Assembly (NCBI RefSeq): GCF_009914755.1
Contig: NC_060936.1
DNA: 64,000 nucleotides
Direction: 5' to 3' (one strand)
Origin: the human T2T-CHM13v2.0 reference genome, Homo sapiens
The stretch's first letter is position 1; each line of letters begins with the position of its first letter. This document shows, one piece after another, positions 1 to 15,170 of this stretch. The translations under genes were made by a program, and so were the position numbers. A model generated the notes under the pieces. It was not told the origin of the DNA. It saw only the letters and a program-made list of their open reading frames with translations, and did not search any database.

Positions 1-3557
<3,557 letters not shown>

Positions 3558-3619
3558 TATGATGTTAGCTGGTTATTTTCCTCGTTAATTGATGCTGTTT
3601 CTTCCTAGCATCGATGGTC

Positions 3620-4627
3620 TTTACAATTTGGCATGTTTTTGCAGTGGCTGGTACCGGTTGTTCCTTTCCATGTTTAGTGCTTCCTTCAGGAGCTCTTCTA
3701 GGGTAGGCCTGGTGGTGACAAAAATCTCTCAGCATTTGCTTGTCTGTAAAGGATTTTATTTCCCCTTCACTTATGAAGCTTAGTTTGGCTGGATATGAAA
3801 TTCTGGGTTGAAAATTCTTTTCTTTAAGCATGTTGATTATTGGCCCCCACTCTCTTCTGGCCTGTAGAGTTTCTGCCGAGAGATCAGCTGTTAGTCTGAT
3901 GGGCTTCCCTTTGAGGGTAACCCGACCTTTCTCTCTGGCTTCCCTTAACATTTTTTCCTTCATTTCAACTTTGGTGAATCTGACAATTATGTGTCTTGGA
4001 GTTGCTCTTCTCGAGGAGTATCTCTGTGGCATTCTCTGTATTTCCTGAATTTGAATGTTGGCCTGCCTTGTGAGGTTGGGGAAGTTTTCCTGGATAACAT
4101 CCTGCAGAGTGTTTTCCAACTTGGTTCCATTCTCCCTGTCACTTTCAGGTACACCAGTCAGATGTAGATTTGGTCTTTTCACGTAGTGTCATATTTCTTG
4201 GAGGCTTTGTTCATTTCTTTTGATTCTTTTTCCTCTAAACTTCTCTTCTCACTTCATTTCATTCATTTGATCTTCAGTCACTGATATCCTTTCTTCCACT
4301 TGATCAAATCGGCTACTGAAGCTCGTGCATTCATCATGTGGTTTTCGTGCCATGGTTTTCAGCTCCATCAGGTAATTTAAGGAGTTCTTTACACTGGTTT
4401 TTCTAGTTAGCCATTCGTCTAATCTTTTTTAAAGGTTTTTAGCTTCTTTGTGTTGGGTTCGAACTTCCTCTTTTAGCTCGGAGAAGTTTGATCGTCTGAA
4501 GCCTTCTCTCAACTCGTCATTCTCCATCCAGCTTTGTTCCACTGCTGGCGTAGAGCTGCGTTCCTTTGGAGGGGGAGAGGTGCTCTGATTTTTAGAATTT
4601 TCAGCTTTTCTGCTGTTTTTTCCCCAT
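3620..4627 (-). pseudogene. ORF1: L1 ORF1 (RNA-binding protein), disrupted
   Basis: ATG (CAT on +) at 4625-4627; RRM/CTD peptide KRPNLHLTGVPE...YPAKLSF in 3565..4182; frameshift near 3721. Confidence 0.9.
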
Positions 4628-5202
4628 CTTTGTGGTTTTATCTACCTTTGGTCTTTGATGATGGTGATGTACAGATGGGGTTTTGGTGTGAATGTCCTTT
4701 CTGTTTGTTAGTTTTCCTTCTAACATTCAGGACCCTCAGCTGCAGGTCTGTTGGAGTTTGCTGGAGGTCCTTTCCAGACCCTGTTTGCCTGGGTATCAGC
4801 AGCGGAGCCTGCAGAACAGTGAATATTGCTGAACAGCAAATGTTGCTGCATGATAGTTCCTTTGGAAACTTTGTCTCAGAGGGGTACCTGGCCGTATGAG
4901 GTGTCAGTCTGCCCCTACTTGGGAGTGCCTCCAAGTTAGGTTACTCAGGGTTCAGGGACCCAGTTGAGGAGGCAGTCTGTCGGTTCTCAGATCTCAAACT
5001 CCATGCTGGGAGCAACACTACTCTCCTCAAAGCTGATAGACAGGATTATTTCAGTTTGCAGAGGTTTCTGCTGCCTTTTGTTTGGCTATGCCCTGTCCCC
5101 AGAGGTGGAGTCTACAGAGTCAGGCAGGCCTCCTTGAGCTGTGGTGGGCTCCACCCAGTTTGAGCTTCCCGGCTGCTTTGTTTACCTACTCAAGCCTCAG
5201 CA

Positions 5203-5466
5203 ATGGTGGGCGCTCCTCCCCCAGCCTCACTGCTGCTTTGCAGTTTGATCTCAGACTGCTGTCCTAGCAATGAGCAAGGCTCTGTGGGCATGGGACCCTC
5301 CAAGCCATGCGCGGGATATAATCTCCTGGTGTGTCATTTGCTAAGACCATTGGAAAAGCGCAGTACTAGGGTGGGAGTGACCCAATTTTCCAGGTGCCGT
5401 CTGTCACAGCTTCCTTTGGCTGGGACAGGGAAGTCCCTGACCCCTTGCGCTTCCCAGGTGAGGTGA
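5203..5466 (+). CDS. ORF0: L1 antisense ORF0 homolog, open, 87 aa
   Basis: MVGAPPPASLLLCSLISDCCPSNEQGSVGMGPS... closely matches the primate L1 ORF0 N-terminus (MAGAPPPASLPPCSLISDCC...); true ATG at 5203; expression not shown. Confidence 0.6.
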   Translation: MVGAPPPASLLLCSLISDCCPSNEQGSVGMGPSKPCAGYNLLVCHLLRPLEKRSTRVGVTQFSRCRLSQLPLAGTGKSLTPCASQVR

Positions 5467-5640
5467 TGCCTTGCTGTGCTTCGGCTCACACTCGGTGGGC
5501 TGCACCCACTGTCTGACAAGGCCCAGTGAGATGAACCTGGTACTTCAGTTGGAAATGCAGAAATCACCCGTCTTCTGCGTCGCTCATGCTGGGAGCTGTA
5601 GACTGGAGCTGTTCCTATTCAGCCATCTTGGAACCACATC

Positions 5641-6265
5641 GAGAGATCTTAACTGAGTGTCAGGAGCACATTTCTATTTTTGAAAATTCACATTTGGGAA
5701 ATGTGCAGAATAGTGGAATAGGAAGAGGTTGGATATACCAGTAGAGTTTAAAGGTTATAATGGTAGTTCAGGGAGGGAAATATATGGGCCTGAGCTATTA
5801 AGGCAGTGAGAGAGAGGAGGAAATGAGTTCAGCTGTGTTTAGGTGGTAGAATTCACTGGACTTAAGATCAGATTGACTATGGGGAAAAAAAGGAGGAATG
5901 ATGTCTAAGGTAGGTGACAATTTTGAGTAACTAGATATATGGTGGCTCCATTAATAATAGGTACCATTTATTGAGTGCTCATTATGTACCTGGCGTACTG
6001 CTAAGTGCTTTGCATGCATTATTTTATTTCATCCTCATATCAATCTGCAAAATAGTTATTTTCTCCATTTTATAGATGAAGAAGGTGAAGCTCAGAGCAA
6101 TTAGGAAGTCTGCCTAGTGTCTCAGATGGAGTAAGTGGTGGTGTTGAGATTTGTACCCAGGTAGGCTCCCAAGCCCATGTCAACAATTACTGTGACACAC
6201 ACAGGCTCTTCCTGTGTTGAGCACCACAGGAAGAGAAGGTTTGGAGAGGGAAAGGAGGAGATGGT
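5641..6265 (-). mobile_element. L2 fragment (interrupted by MIR)
   Basis: AGGTGGTAGAATTCACTGGACTT...GATTGACTATGGGG...GGTGGCTCCATT resembles the L2 minus-strand consensus; resumes ~6200-6265. Confidence 0.55.
5953..6200 (-). mobile_element. MIR SINE
   Basis: CATTTATTGAGTGCT..., core CCATTTTATAGATGAAGAAGGTGAAGCTCAGAG, GATTTGTACCCAGG. Confidence 0.8.
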
Positions 6266-8779
6266 GATCACATAGTATTATGTGTTCTACTATCCAACTA
6301 TTTTGGGTTTTGCTTGCATGAAAATGCATGGGAGCAGCAGTGCTTCCTTCTTATCTGGAGGAATTGGCAGGGTGGGAGGTGGAAGAGGGAGCCTAGAAGG
6401 TACCCTTTACAAGCATCCTGTTGACCTCATGGTGTTTCTCTCCTGCCCCCTCCAGAGTAGTTGCTGATAAAGGAGATATAAAGGAGCAGGGTTCTTCAGG
6501 TCAGAGTTTCTAGCTTTAGTGGGAATGCCAACAGAGAAAGGGACCCAGTGTCTGAAGCCACAGGCAAGGAAGCTCAGGGCTCCATAGAGGTGGACAGGCA
6601 GCTTACATCTCATCTCATGGCTAAGCACATTAACCACATAAGCTTCCTCTAACTGCTGAACTCACAGCAAATAAACACACGCCCACACAACCAGTAAGTA
6701 AGTATCAGTGGAGCAGATGCAAATGAAATACAAGTGATGAACTGCTGTCAGTTCTTGGGGTATTTGGCACCTGCGTCAACTCCAGAAGGAATGTGACCTC
6801 TTGGGTAAGGAGGGCATGATTTCAGAGGCACCAAGAGGACCTTTCCACCAAATTCAGCTTTTTAATTTTTTTTTTAAATCTGAAATTCTACAATTATAAA
6901 TTCATTCCTCCCCTTTCAAAATGAAGCACTTTATACTAAAGAAGAACCCACTTAAAGCTTCATTAATTATTTCTTCCCTGAAGAAGAATCAGTCTTTTGG
7001 GTTCTATCTTGAGAACACATTTTGAGAGTAGGGCAGGGAAGGAATGAAATTTCTGTCAGCAGAGAGATGAAGAAGGCTGGCCTGAGAAGGCAGGAATATA
7101 CAAACTAACTGATGAGGGTTAACCAGTATGCCATTTTTATGCAAGTCAGTACAGGTTTCTCAGTAAAGTACGGGCAAATAGAAATGTAATTTATGAATAT
7201 TTCATCATTCTTTGTCATATAGGCCAGCCAGAAAGGGCAAAAAGAAAAAGATATTCAGAGATGTGACTTCTTGGTGTCCTTCTGCACTTGACAGAAGCTA
7301 CCCCTTTGGGAAAAACTGGATAGTTTGTAGATCTGCCACAGAAAATTCAACATCTCTAAAGGCATACTAGTGCTAAATGGACATATTATTACTTTTGCTA
7401 TCTCACCTATTGGCATGTGCTTGTGTGTGAGGAGGGATTATGGACAGGATGGGGAATAGGAGAGTGTCAAGAATGAATGGGCATTGCCCAAGAAGGTGAA
7501 TCAGCTGACTGTTCAATCTACCTGGAAGTAAAAATAACTGGGGAGCAGAAAATCTTATGCATATTTTAATTACCTTGTCTAGAACATGAAATGACAAGAA
7601 TGTGTACTATATTTATTGGGCTACTGAATTCTCTATTTCATGCCCCTAGGCACTCCCAGAAGTCTGATTCTATTTCCTTGAAAAAATACCAAGCATTTCT
7701 CCTTCAAGAATGATTGAGGGGTTGCCTTCTGTTGTTGCTTTACTAACCACCTCCCTCAACCAAACACCCACAGGCAAGTTGCCTCTCATTCTCCAATCTA
7801 GGCAAAGAGTGAATCTTTTGTTGTTATTTGCAGGAAATGGGACACAGGAAATGAGCCAATCAGAATCAGCATTAGGCCATTTTTTTTCCCTTGTCCCTCT
7901 TTCTCAATCTTTTTAATTGGGAAAAGTACTTGTTTTAAAATCTAGTAAATATGATACAAATTGAACATCCAACTATAAGAAGAATCATCAGAAAAAAAAT
8001 CAGGATTTCTCTTCAAAGTTTACAGAGACTTAATATAACTCCTTTTCTTAATAGTTATTTTTCTTTGAATTAGGCAGTGGTAACTAAAGCTAAAACAACC
8101 ACCACCACAGTGGTAATAAAGGCTAAACGACCTTCCACTGCCCTTGTTTATGCTTTTCTCATCAGTTGAGCTTTCCGTTTCTTCAAAGTCCCACAGAAAT
8201 GGCTGGCAATTTTCAATCATCAAATCAAAGCCCTTTGTTGGAATTGTTTCTTTGGTGTAACGCAGGATATGCTGCCAGTAATTTGATCAGTTCAGTCATT
8301 TCCATAATTAGAACAAGAGCACGTCTTCCTAAAGTATGTGCTTATTCCATGGTCTGAAGTCACACAAAAGGGAATGTGCAAAGCCCTTATGTTGTGTGGT
8401 TCTAAAATAGCAGCTGTTTTTTATATATTTACCTCTTAACAATTTGCCCACCATCCTAGGTAGACAAACTTATAGCTCTGCTCTATCTGCTGATGACTGA
8501 TGAAATGCAAGTCAGAGCATTTCACTTTAACTATATTGTTTGTCTGTTTAATAGGTGTGGCATGCATACCCACTCATATAAGACTCATTCAAAATCTTCC
8601 TGGGTTCCTCAAGAGCAGAGGGAAGGCAACACTTAAATACTTTGAGTATTCTCTCTTCATATTATTTGTGTACCTGTAGAGCTTTATGCCTATGACAACC
8701 TTGGTGTAATGTGGTAACAGTCTCATGGGATTACCAAGGTTGTAGGTTCCCTACCCTCACTTTAAAGAAGGGGAATTTT

Positions 8780-9090
<311 letters not shown>

Positions 9091-9189
9091 GGAGGTGGGG
9101 GGTGGGAATTTTGAGCAGTGGGTGCATTTATCTGAGACTATTTGTGGGGTAGTTGAGATAGCTGTGCTCCAATGCTCAGCTCACACCAC

Positions 9190-9330
9190 ATCCAAATGTC
9201 TTTCTCATTGTCATTTCACTGTCTTCTTGTGGTCTCCCTGTTCTGTTCTCTCTTTCCTCTCAACCATCCTCCACACAGCAGTTAGAATAAACTTTCTCAC
9301 ATCCTTTCATCATGTTACTCCTCATTTTCT
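9190..9330 (+). mobile_element. L2 fragment
   Basis: GGTCTCCCTG...CCATCCTCCACACAGCAGTTAGA...CATGTTACTCC matches L2. Confidence 0.55.
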
Positions 9331-9420
9331 AACTTGTAAAATTCAGACATCTCAGCTTACCCTTCCTGACAACTATCTTTGTGTTATGGCAGACTTGTTT
9401 AACATGAATTTCTCTGGTAC

Positions 9421-9713
9421 CATGAAGATATGTTCCAAGGCCCCCAGTGGATGCCCGAAACTGCAGTTAGTACCGAACCCTATATATGCTATGCTTTTTC
9501 CTGTACATACGTACCGTACAGCACCAGCGTACTGGACAAAGGGATGATTCATTTCCTGGGAGGGGTGGAATGGGATGACACAAGATTTCATCACACTACT
9601 CAGAATGGCGTGCAATTTAAAACTTATGAATTGTTTATACATTTTCCATTTACTATTTTCACACTGCAGTTGATCCTGGGTAACTGAAACTGAGAATAAG
9701 GAGGTGACTATTG
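9421..9713 (-). mobile_element. MER44A (Tigger7-derived non-autonomous Tc1/mariner element)
   Basis: TTCCAAGGCCCCCAGTGGATGCC...TACCGAACCCTATATAT and GGACAAAGGGATGATTCA...GATTTCATCACACTACTCAGAATGGCGTGCAATTTAAAACTTATGAATTGTTTAT. Confidence 0.85.
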
Positions 9714-10119
9714 TGCATACTTTGAAATGCTGAATTAACTGTCTTGTCACTGCTCTGATGACTTCTTTCTCCTCAAGGCCAGCATGAAACCCTCCTTCCT
9801 TCTGAAACGGTGATGAAAAGTGCCTTTATCCAGGAAGTCTTCCCTGATGGATTTCAACACCTTTCTATCTAATTTAAATACACTTTACCTAATTTTGCAA
9901 CAAGATAAAAGAACTTTCTAAGTGTCCTCCATAATCCTACCACCCTAACACAACTTCTTGAACTTCTCTGTTTCCTTCCAAGTCTCTCCTACCTGCATAT
10001 AAACTTTTCATGGTTGTGATGTATACAACTTGTATGATTTTTGTCATTTAACAATATTTTGTAACTTTCCACACCACTATACTACCTTCATTTTTAGTAA
10101 TGATAGTACATTTTTTATG

Positions 10120-10285
10120 GGTAGTGAGTGATAGTAGAGAGAGGGAGAGAGTAGAATTTGTAGCCAGCATATGTGTAACCTTGGGCAAGGTACATAAGCC
10201 CCTTGGAGCATCAATTTGTTCACCCGTGAAACGGGGATGAAATGTATGTAAAGCACATCATACAGTACCTGACATTTGACAAATA
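10120..10285 (+). mobile_element. MIR SINE
   Basis: TGTGTAACCTTGGGCAAG...CCGTGAAACGGGGATG...TGTAAAGCAC...ACAGTACCTGACA. Confidence 0.65.
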
Positions 10286-10715
10286 CTGGCTGTGATTCGT
10301 TACCAAGTTTAATTAAGCCATATGCACTTGTTTTTTATGGTTTACTGCTTTGAAAATTTTTGTGACGATTTCATGGGCAGTTCCCAGACAATTGATAAGC
10401 TCCTCTAAAGATGGGAACTTTTTTTAAATTTTGTATCACTTCCTAGGTCTTCTGTTAAAAGATGGAGGTCTCCCTCAGTGGACTGTCAATCGTTCAATGC
10501 AGTGGCTGACTGCATTTCATTCTAAATAATTTTTCTCTTCAAATTGAAACCTAGTCACTAGGTTTCTGTGCTCTAAGCCCTTTAAACCTAGTTATACGTT
10601 GACAAAATAGAAGTAGCTTTGGTATCCTTTTAATTCCTACATCATCCCTATCCCCTTTTCAGCTGAGTAAAGCTGAGTCTTTTGCTCTAACCTCAGTACC
10701 TTAACTCTAAAAAGA

Positions 10716-10749
10716 AACCAACCAACCAACCAAACAAACAAACAAACAC
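10716..10749. repeat. (AACC)n(AAAC)n compound microsatellite
   Basis: aaccaaccaaccaaccaaacaaacaaacaaac. Confidence 0.8.
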
Positions 10750-10789
10750 TTGGACAAACAGCTTCGCCTTCATCAAAAGGAGTGTGTCA

Positions 10790-10833
10790 GGCTGGGCGTG
10801 GTGGCTCACGCCTGTAATCCCAGCACTTTGGGA
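10790..10833 (+). mobile_element. Alu 5' fragment, 44 bp, no tail
   Basis: GGCTGGGCGTGGTGGCTCACGCCTGTAATCCCAGCACTTTGGGA, then non-Alu sequence. Confidence 0.9.
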
Positions 10834-11494
10834 TCAAAAAGAATCTCACTACTGTTAAAAAAGTCAAAAGGCATTCTTCAGACTAAATTGGTGTCTCTTT
10901 TGCTTTGTTGCTTTTTCTTCCTTTCTTGAAATCTTCTGGAATGATTGAAACCTAGGAAGCAGCATGATTTGAGATGACAAGGGTTTAGTCATCAACACAC
11001 CTTCTGTAGATGCATTTCTAGCTCCAAAATGACATGGAGATAGAGCAGGGCCAGTTCAGGTCTGATTTTTCCACATTAATTTATATCCTAAACTTTAGAC
11101 TAAGGGCACCATTTCACATAGTGCTGTACCAAATTTTAGGAGAATCATTTCCTTCACAGTAGAATGTCTATCAAACCTATGTGCAATGTACTCTGCAATA
11201 ATAAAGAAGCATTTTGCTAAAGCATGAGGAACTGAGCCTCTTGTTTTTGAAAAGTAGTTATGAAATCATCTCTTTTTGTTTTAAATCCAAGTAGACTAAA
11301 TTTCTGATTGAAAAGAATTGAAGGTTTTGTTTTGCTTTGTTTTGAATATCACTCCCACCAGGAATTATCAAGTAGAATTTATTCTTAGAATATGAAAAGG
11401 GGTAGAGATATATTTTCAACATGCTCTCTAGATCATTGAACCAAAAAACCATAATTTTTGACATGTTTCAGCAGAACAATGGTACGAATAAGAG

Positions 11495-11727
11495 GCCATA
11501 GAACATGGTGGATAAGAGCACAGACTGGGTTTGCATCCAGGATCTGCTCCAGGACCTGGCTGTGTGTAATCCCTGTGTACCTCAATTTCCTCATCTGTAA
11601 CATGGCGATAATTTCACTACCACTAACACTACCTATCTCAGAGGGTTATTAGAATGATTACACAAGTTAATATTTATAAAGTGCTTAGAACATTACCTTG
11701 GCGTATGTAATGGGTAAGCTGTTACTA
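11495..11727 (+). mobile_element. MIR SINE
   Basis: GTGGATAAGAGCACAGAC...CCTCAATTTCCTCATCTGTAACATGG...TAAAGTGCTTAGAACA. Confidence 0.8.
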
Positions 11728-11746
11728 TCACCACAGATATAGGATT

Positions 11747-12180
11747 ATTTATTTAATTGATGAATAAAAGTGGTATATATTTATGGTGTATAACATGATG
11801 TTTTGGGATATGTATACATTGTGGGAAGGCTATATTGAGCTAAATATATAATGTATATATTACCTCACCTACGTATCCTTTGTTTTCTGTGGTGGGAACA
11901 CAAAATCTCTCTCAAGGGTACAATATTTTGTTATTAACTATCATCACCATGTTGTAGAATAGAGCTCTGGAACTTGTTTTTCCTGTCTAACTGAAATTTT
12001 GTATCTTTTGACTAACATCTCCTGAATCTTCCCCTCACTCCTGCCTCCAGCCCCTGGTAACCACCATTCTACTCTCTGCTTCTATGTTTGACTATTTTAT
12101 ATTCCAAATATAAGTGAGGTTATGCAGTATTTGTATTTCTCTTCCTGGCTAATTTCATTTAATGCTATGTCCTTCAGGTT
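11747..12180 (-). mobile_element. L1MA (L1MA7-9-like) 3' end, 5'-truncated
   Basis: TATTTATGGTGTATAACATGATGTTT...CCCCTGGTAACCACCATTCTACTCTCTGCTTC; TSD-like AGATATAGGATT (11735) / AGATGTAGGATC (12181). Confidence 0.85.
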
Positions 12181-12589
12181 AGATGTAGGATCTTTATATT
12201 AAAAAGACTGAAAGACGGTTTTCCTGTAAATATGTCCCATGTCCTTCTAGGAAAAGTCCTTTAGGTCTTGTCTTCCTATCTTCTGGTTTTAAATTTGTAC
12301 CAACATTTCCTCTGTTTCACTAAATGAGGACTCAGTTTCATCTGGAAATCTCAATTCTAATCATTATCTAAAAGCCTCAACTTACAAATAGCATGCTATA
12401 CTGGAAAAGTATTTTTCAGGAATCCCTCGATGATTAAAATGAACTGATATACAAATTAGAGAAGAAACAAAAGCATTCAATAGTGAAAATACAGTATTTT
12501 CCGGATCATAATAATTATGTGTTGTAATTCTATACGTATCAGTTTGTAATTTTCTGTTTTGTGATTATTCAATCAACCCTTGTCTTCAT

Positions 12590-12710
12590 TTTTAGACTTT
12601 AAATTCCACAAGGATAGGGACTGTGCTTCGGTCATTATTAAATTCCAGCACCCATTCTCTGATATATAGTAGGCATTCAAACATAATTGTCAAATGAATG
12701 AATGAATACA
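12590..12710 (+). mobile_element. L2 3' end
   Basis: TAGACTTTAAATTCCACAAGGATAGGGACTGTG...TAGTAGGCATTCAA...(TGAA)n tail. Confidence 0.7.
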
Positions 12711-13465
12711 TACATGGCTTAGTAATAAAAATGATCCTTTGCAAGTCAATGTTTTTATGTAATAGTCTTTTAATAAGTTCACCTGTACTTAATAGGGTTA
12801 TTCATACTCTTAATATTTCTATTAAGAAAGTAGAAGACTGACAGAGGTTAAAAGCGGCTCATTAACTTAGCAGAGAGGCAGGCTTGAGGAGGAGCCTCCA
12901 GTCTTCTGAGCCCCAGTTTGGGTTTGTTTCCGGTAAGATGACAAAGGATTTGGAGAATGAGGAAATGCCACCTTATTTCCCTTGTTAGTAGTTTTCCTTT
13001 CTTTCCCCCTGCAATAGTTTCATAACTTGCAACCTATAGATGCAGAAAGAAGAAGGGAGAGCATCTTCAAACAGTTAGTTAGGACTCTCCTTCTGGGAGG
13101 AAAGTGGATATCAAAGTACAGGATTGTTATATCCTCATGACTCAGAGCCCTGCATCCCAGGGGTGGTGACAAATCTGAAGCTCTGATGAAATTAGAACAT
13201 ACTGCTCACCCCCAGGCAGGTAGGTGTCTTGAGTATCAAAGGGTTAGTATCAACAGTGACAGTATTTAAAACGAATGTGCTATCTTACTGAGAAATTAAC
13301 ATGTAGGCAGATGTATAACTTTTAATTTAGTTATTTACTAAATAAATAATGTTTTATTTAGTGCCTGAAAATATCATACATAGAAAGATAGTTTTGACCA
13401 TCTGGAAACTATTTTGGGGAAATTAAAAGTTTGGAGCTCAATTCTATCAATAATCCCCTCCTGCC

Positions 13466-13466
<1 letters not shown>

Positions 13467-13498
<32 letters not shown>
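13467..13498. repeat. (TTA)10 microsatellite
   Basis: Direct read; explains the poly-N/poly-Y ORFs at 13409-13633. Confidence 0.95.
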
Positions 13499-13809
13499 TC
13501 CCTGTTGCCTTGTCCTCAAATCAGATCCTAAAGCTTGTTTCCTATAAAGCAGTTCCCAACAAATTTGTAAGTCAGACTCTGTCCAATGTCCTCTGATATT
13601 TAGACATTCCTCTCTGATTTTGCTCTGAGTCACATGAACATATCACAGACATAAATGTTCTTGCTTTTTTGCTACTCTTAGAACATGTGGATATGATTTA
13701 CTTCCTAAAACAGGATTCTTTGAACACCTACTTTCTACAAAATCCAACTCCCATGAAATCTGAGAGAGGTTTTCCTCTAAAGTATAAACCACAAGCATAA
13801 CCAAATGAA

Positions 13810-13864
13810 TTTTTTTTATTATACTTTAAGTTCTAGGGTACATGTGCACAACGTGCAGTTTTGT
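13810..13864 (-). mobile_element. L1PA (PA3-6-like) 3' terminus only, ~55 bp
   Basis: T-tail + ATTATACTTTAAGTTCTAGGGTACATGTGCACAACGTGCAG; AATTTTT on both sides. Confidence 0.9.
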
Positions 13865-14392
13865 AATTTTTAAAAATCAAATTAGGCCATTAGAATAATG
13901 TTCTGTATCACTGGGATGGGAATTTAATGCTAGACAATTTAGGGTCATTATTATCATGCCAGGCACAACTGTCTTCAATTAGTTATGTCAAGGTGGGGAT
14001 ATAATTGTTGGACATGTTGGCTTCTTGTTTCATTCGGCTTCCATGCTGCATGAAGATTCCAGAAAACCATGATTAACTGGAATATTTGGGGAATGAAGAC
14101 TTAAGTTTTATTTAATTTTTTAGTCAGCTTAAGTTTAAGCAGAAAGCACTTGGCTTTAGTTTTTGTTGAAAAACTTTCTAAAATAAGTTTATTTTCTTGC
14201 ATCAAAAGGATAGCACAGTGGAAAGCTGTTTTCAATAGTTAAGAACATTACGAGTCCCTTGGGATCATTTTCTGACTCTTATAAAATGTTAACAGAGAGA
14301 GGGTTTTGAGATGAAAATGGATATGGAAACTAGTTAACAACTAGGCCCCTGGGTCAAACAGCTAGTTATCTCTGACTTTAAAAAGTGGATGA

Positions 14393-14885
14393 TAAACTAT
14401 TTATTGAGCACCTGCTATTTTACAGGGCATAGACTTTTCCCTTTAGGAGCCTCAATTCTGATGGGGAAGAGAGGGGTGTGTTTAAAAATAATTACTCTAC
14501 AATGTTGTAAGTGCTTATGAAGGTATACAGCAAGTGCTATTGTAGCTCAGGGCAAGGAACTACCAATGGCCTAAAGGAGTCAAAGGCCTTCCTTTGGGAA
14601 AAATGATGGTCTGGGCCTTGACACACACATGAGTTAAATGGAGAAGAGGATGTAGGACATCCTTGATGTAATGAGTGAAACCTATGTAGGGCATGGTGTG
14701 TATGTCTTTGTGACAGGGCAAGGAGAGACTGGTAGCAGATGAGGTTGGACCAGCAGCCTGGGGACCATTTATACAGAATTCAAGCACTATTTTGCAAGTA
14801 AGGTATGACAGTGGAATAAACAATCTGACTTGTGTTTCAGAAAGATTACTCTTTTGGTGGTGGGAAAGAAGGACCGGAAGGAGGA
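14393..14885 (-). mobile_element. L2 3' region
   Basis: TATTTATTGAGCACCTGCTA...GATGGGGAAGAG...GATGAGGTTGGA...ATCTGACTTGTGTTTCAGAAAGATTACTCT. Confidence 0.7.
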
Positions 14886-15019
14886 AGCGACAATTTTGAT
14901 AAATTATCCAGTTAATATTTCAAAAGAATCTTTTTACTGTTTGTTTATTGACCTAAATTATAGTTTGTATTTTTTATTTACCTTTAAGTAAGAAAACATT
15001 TCAGTTCTCTTCTCTTACT

Positions 15020-15170
15020 TAGGTGCTATGTTATTATCATCATTCTCAGTATTGGGAAACTGAGGCACAGTGGGCATGTGACTTCCCCGAAATTCTGAAT
15101 TGAATCAACCGAGAAACTGACTCAAAACCAGTCTCGAAGTTTCTTCCAGCAACTACTAGACCACACTCCC
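15020..15170 (-). mobile_element. MIR SINE
   Basis: GGGAAACTGAGGCACAG...GTGACTTCCCC...ACTAGACCACACT. Confidence 0.6.

Noticed and set aside
9095-9750. Overlapping 150-aa and 125-aa ORFs
   Set aside because: They run across L2 and MER44A remnants, start at non-ATG codons and show no transposase or other motif.
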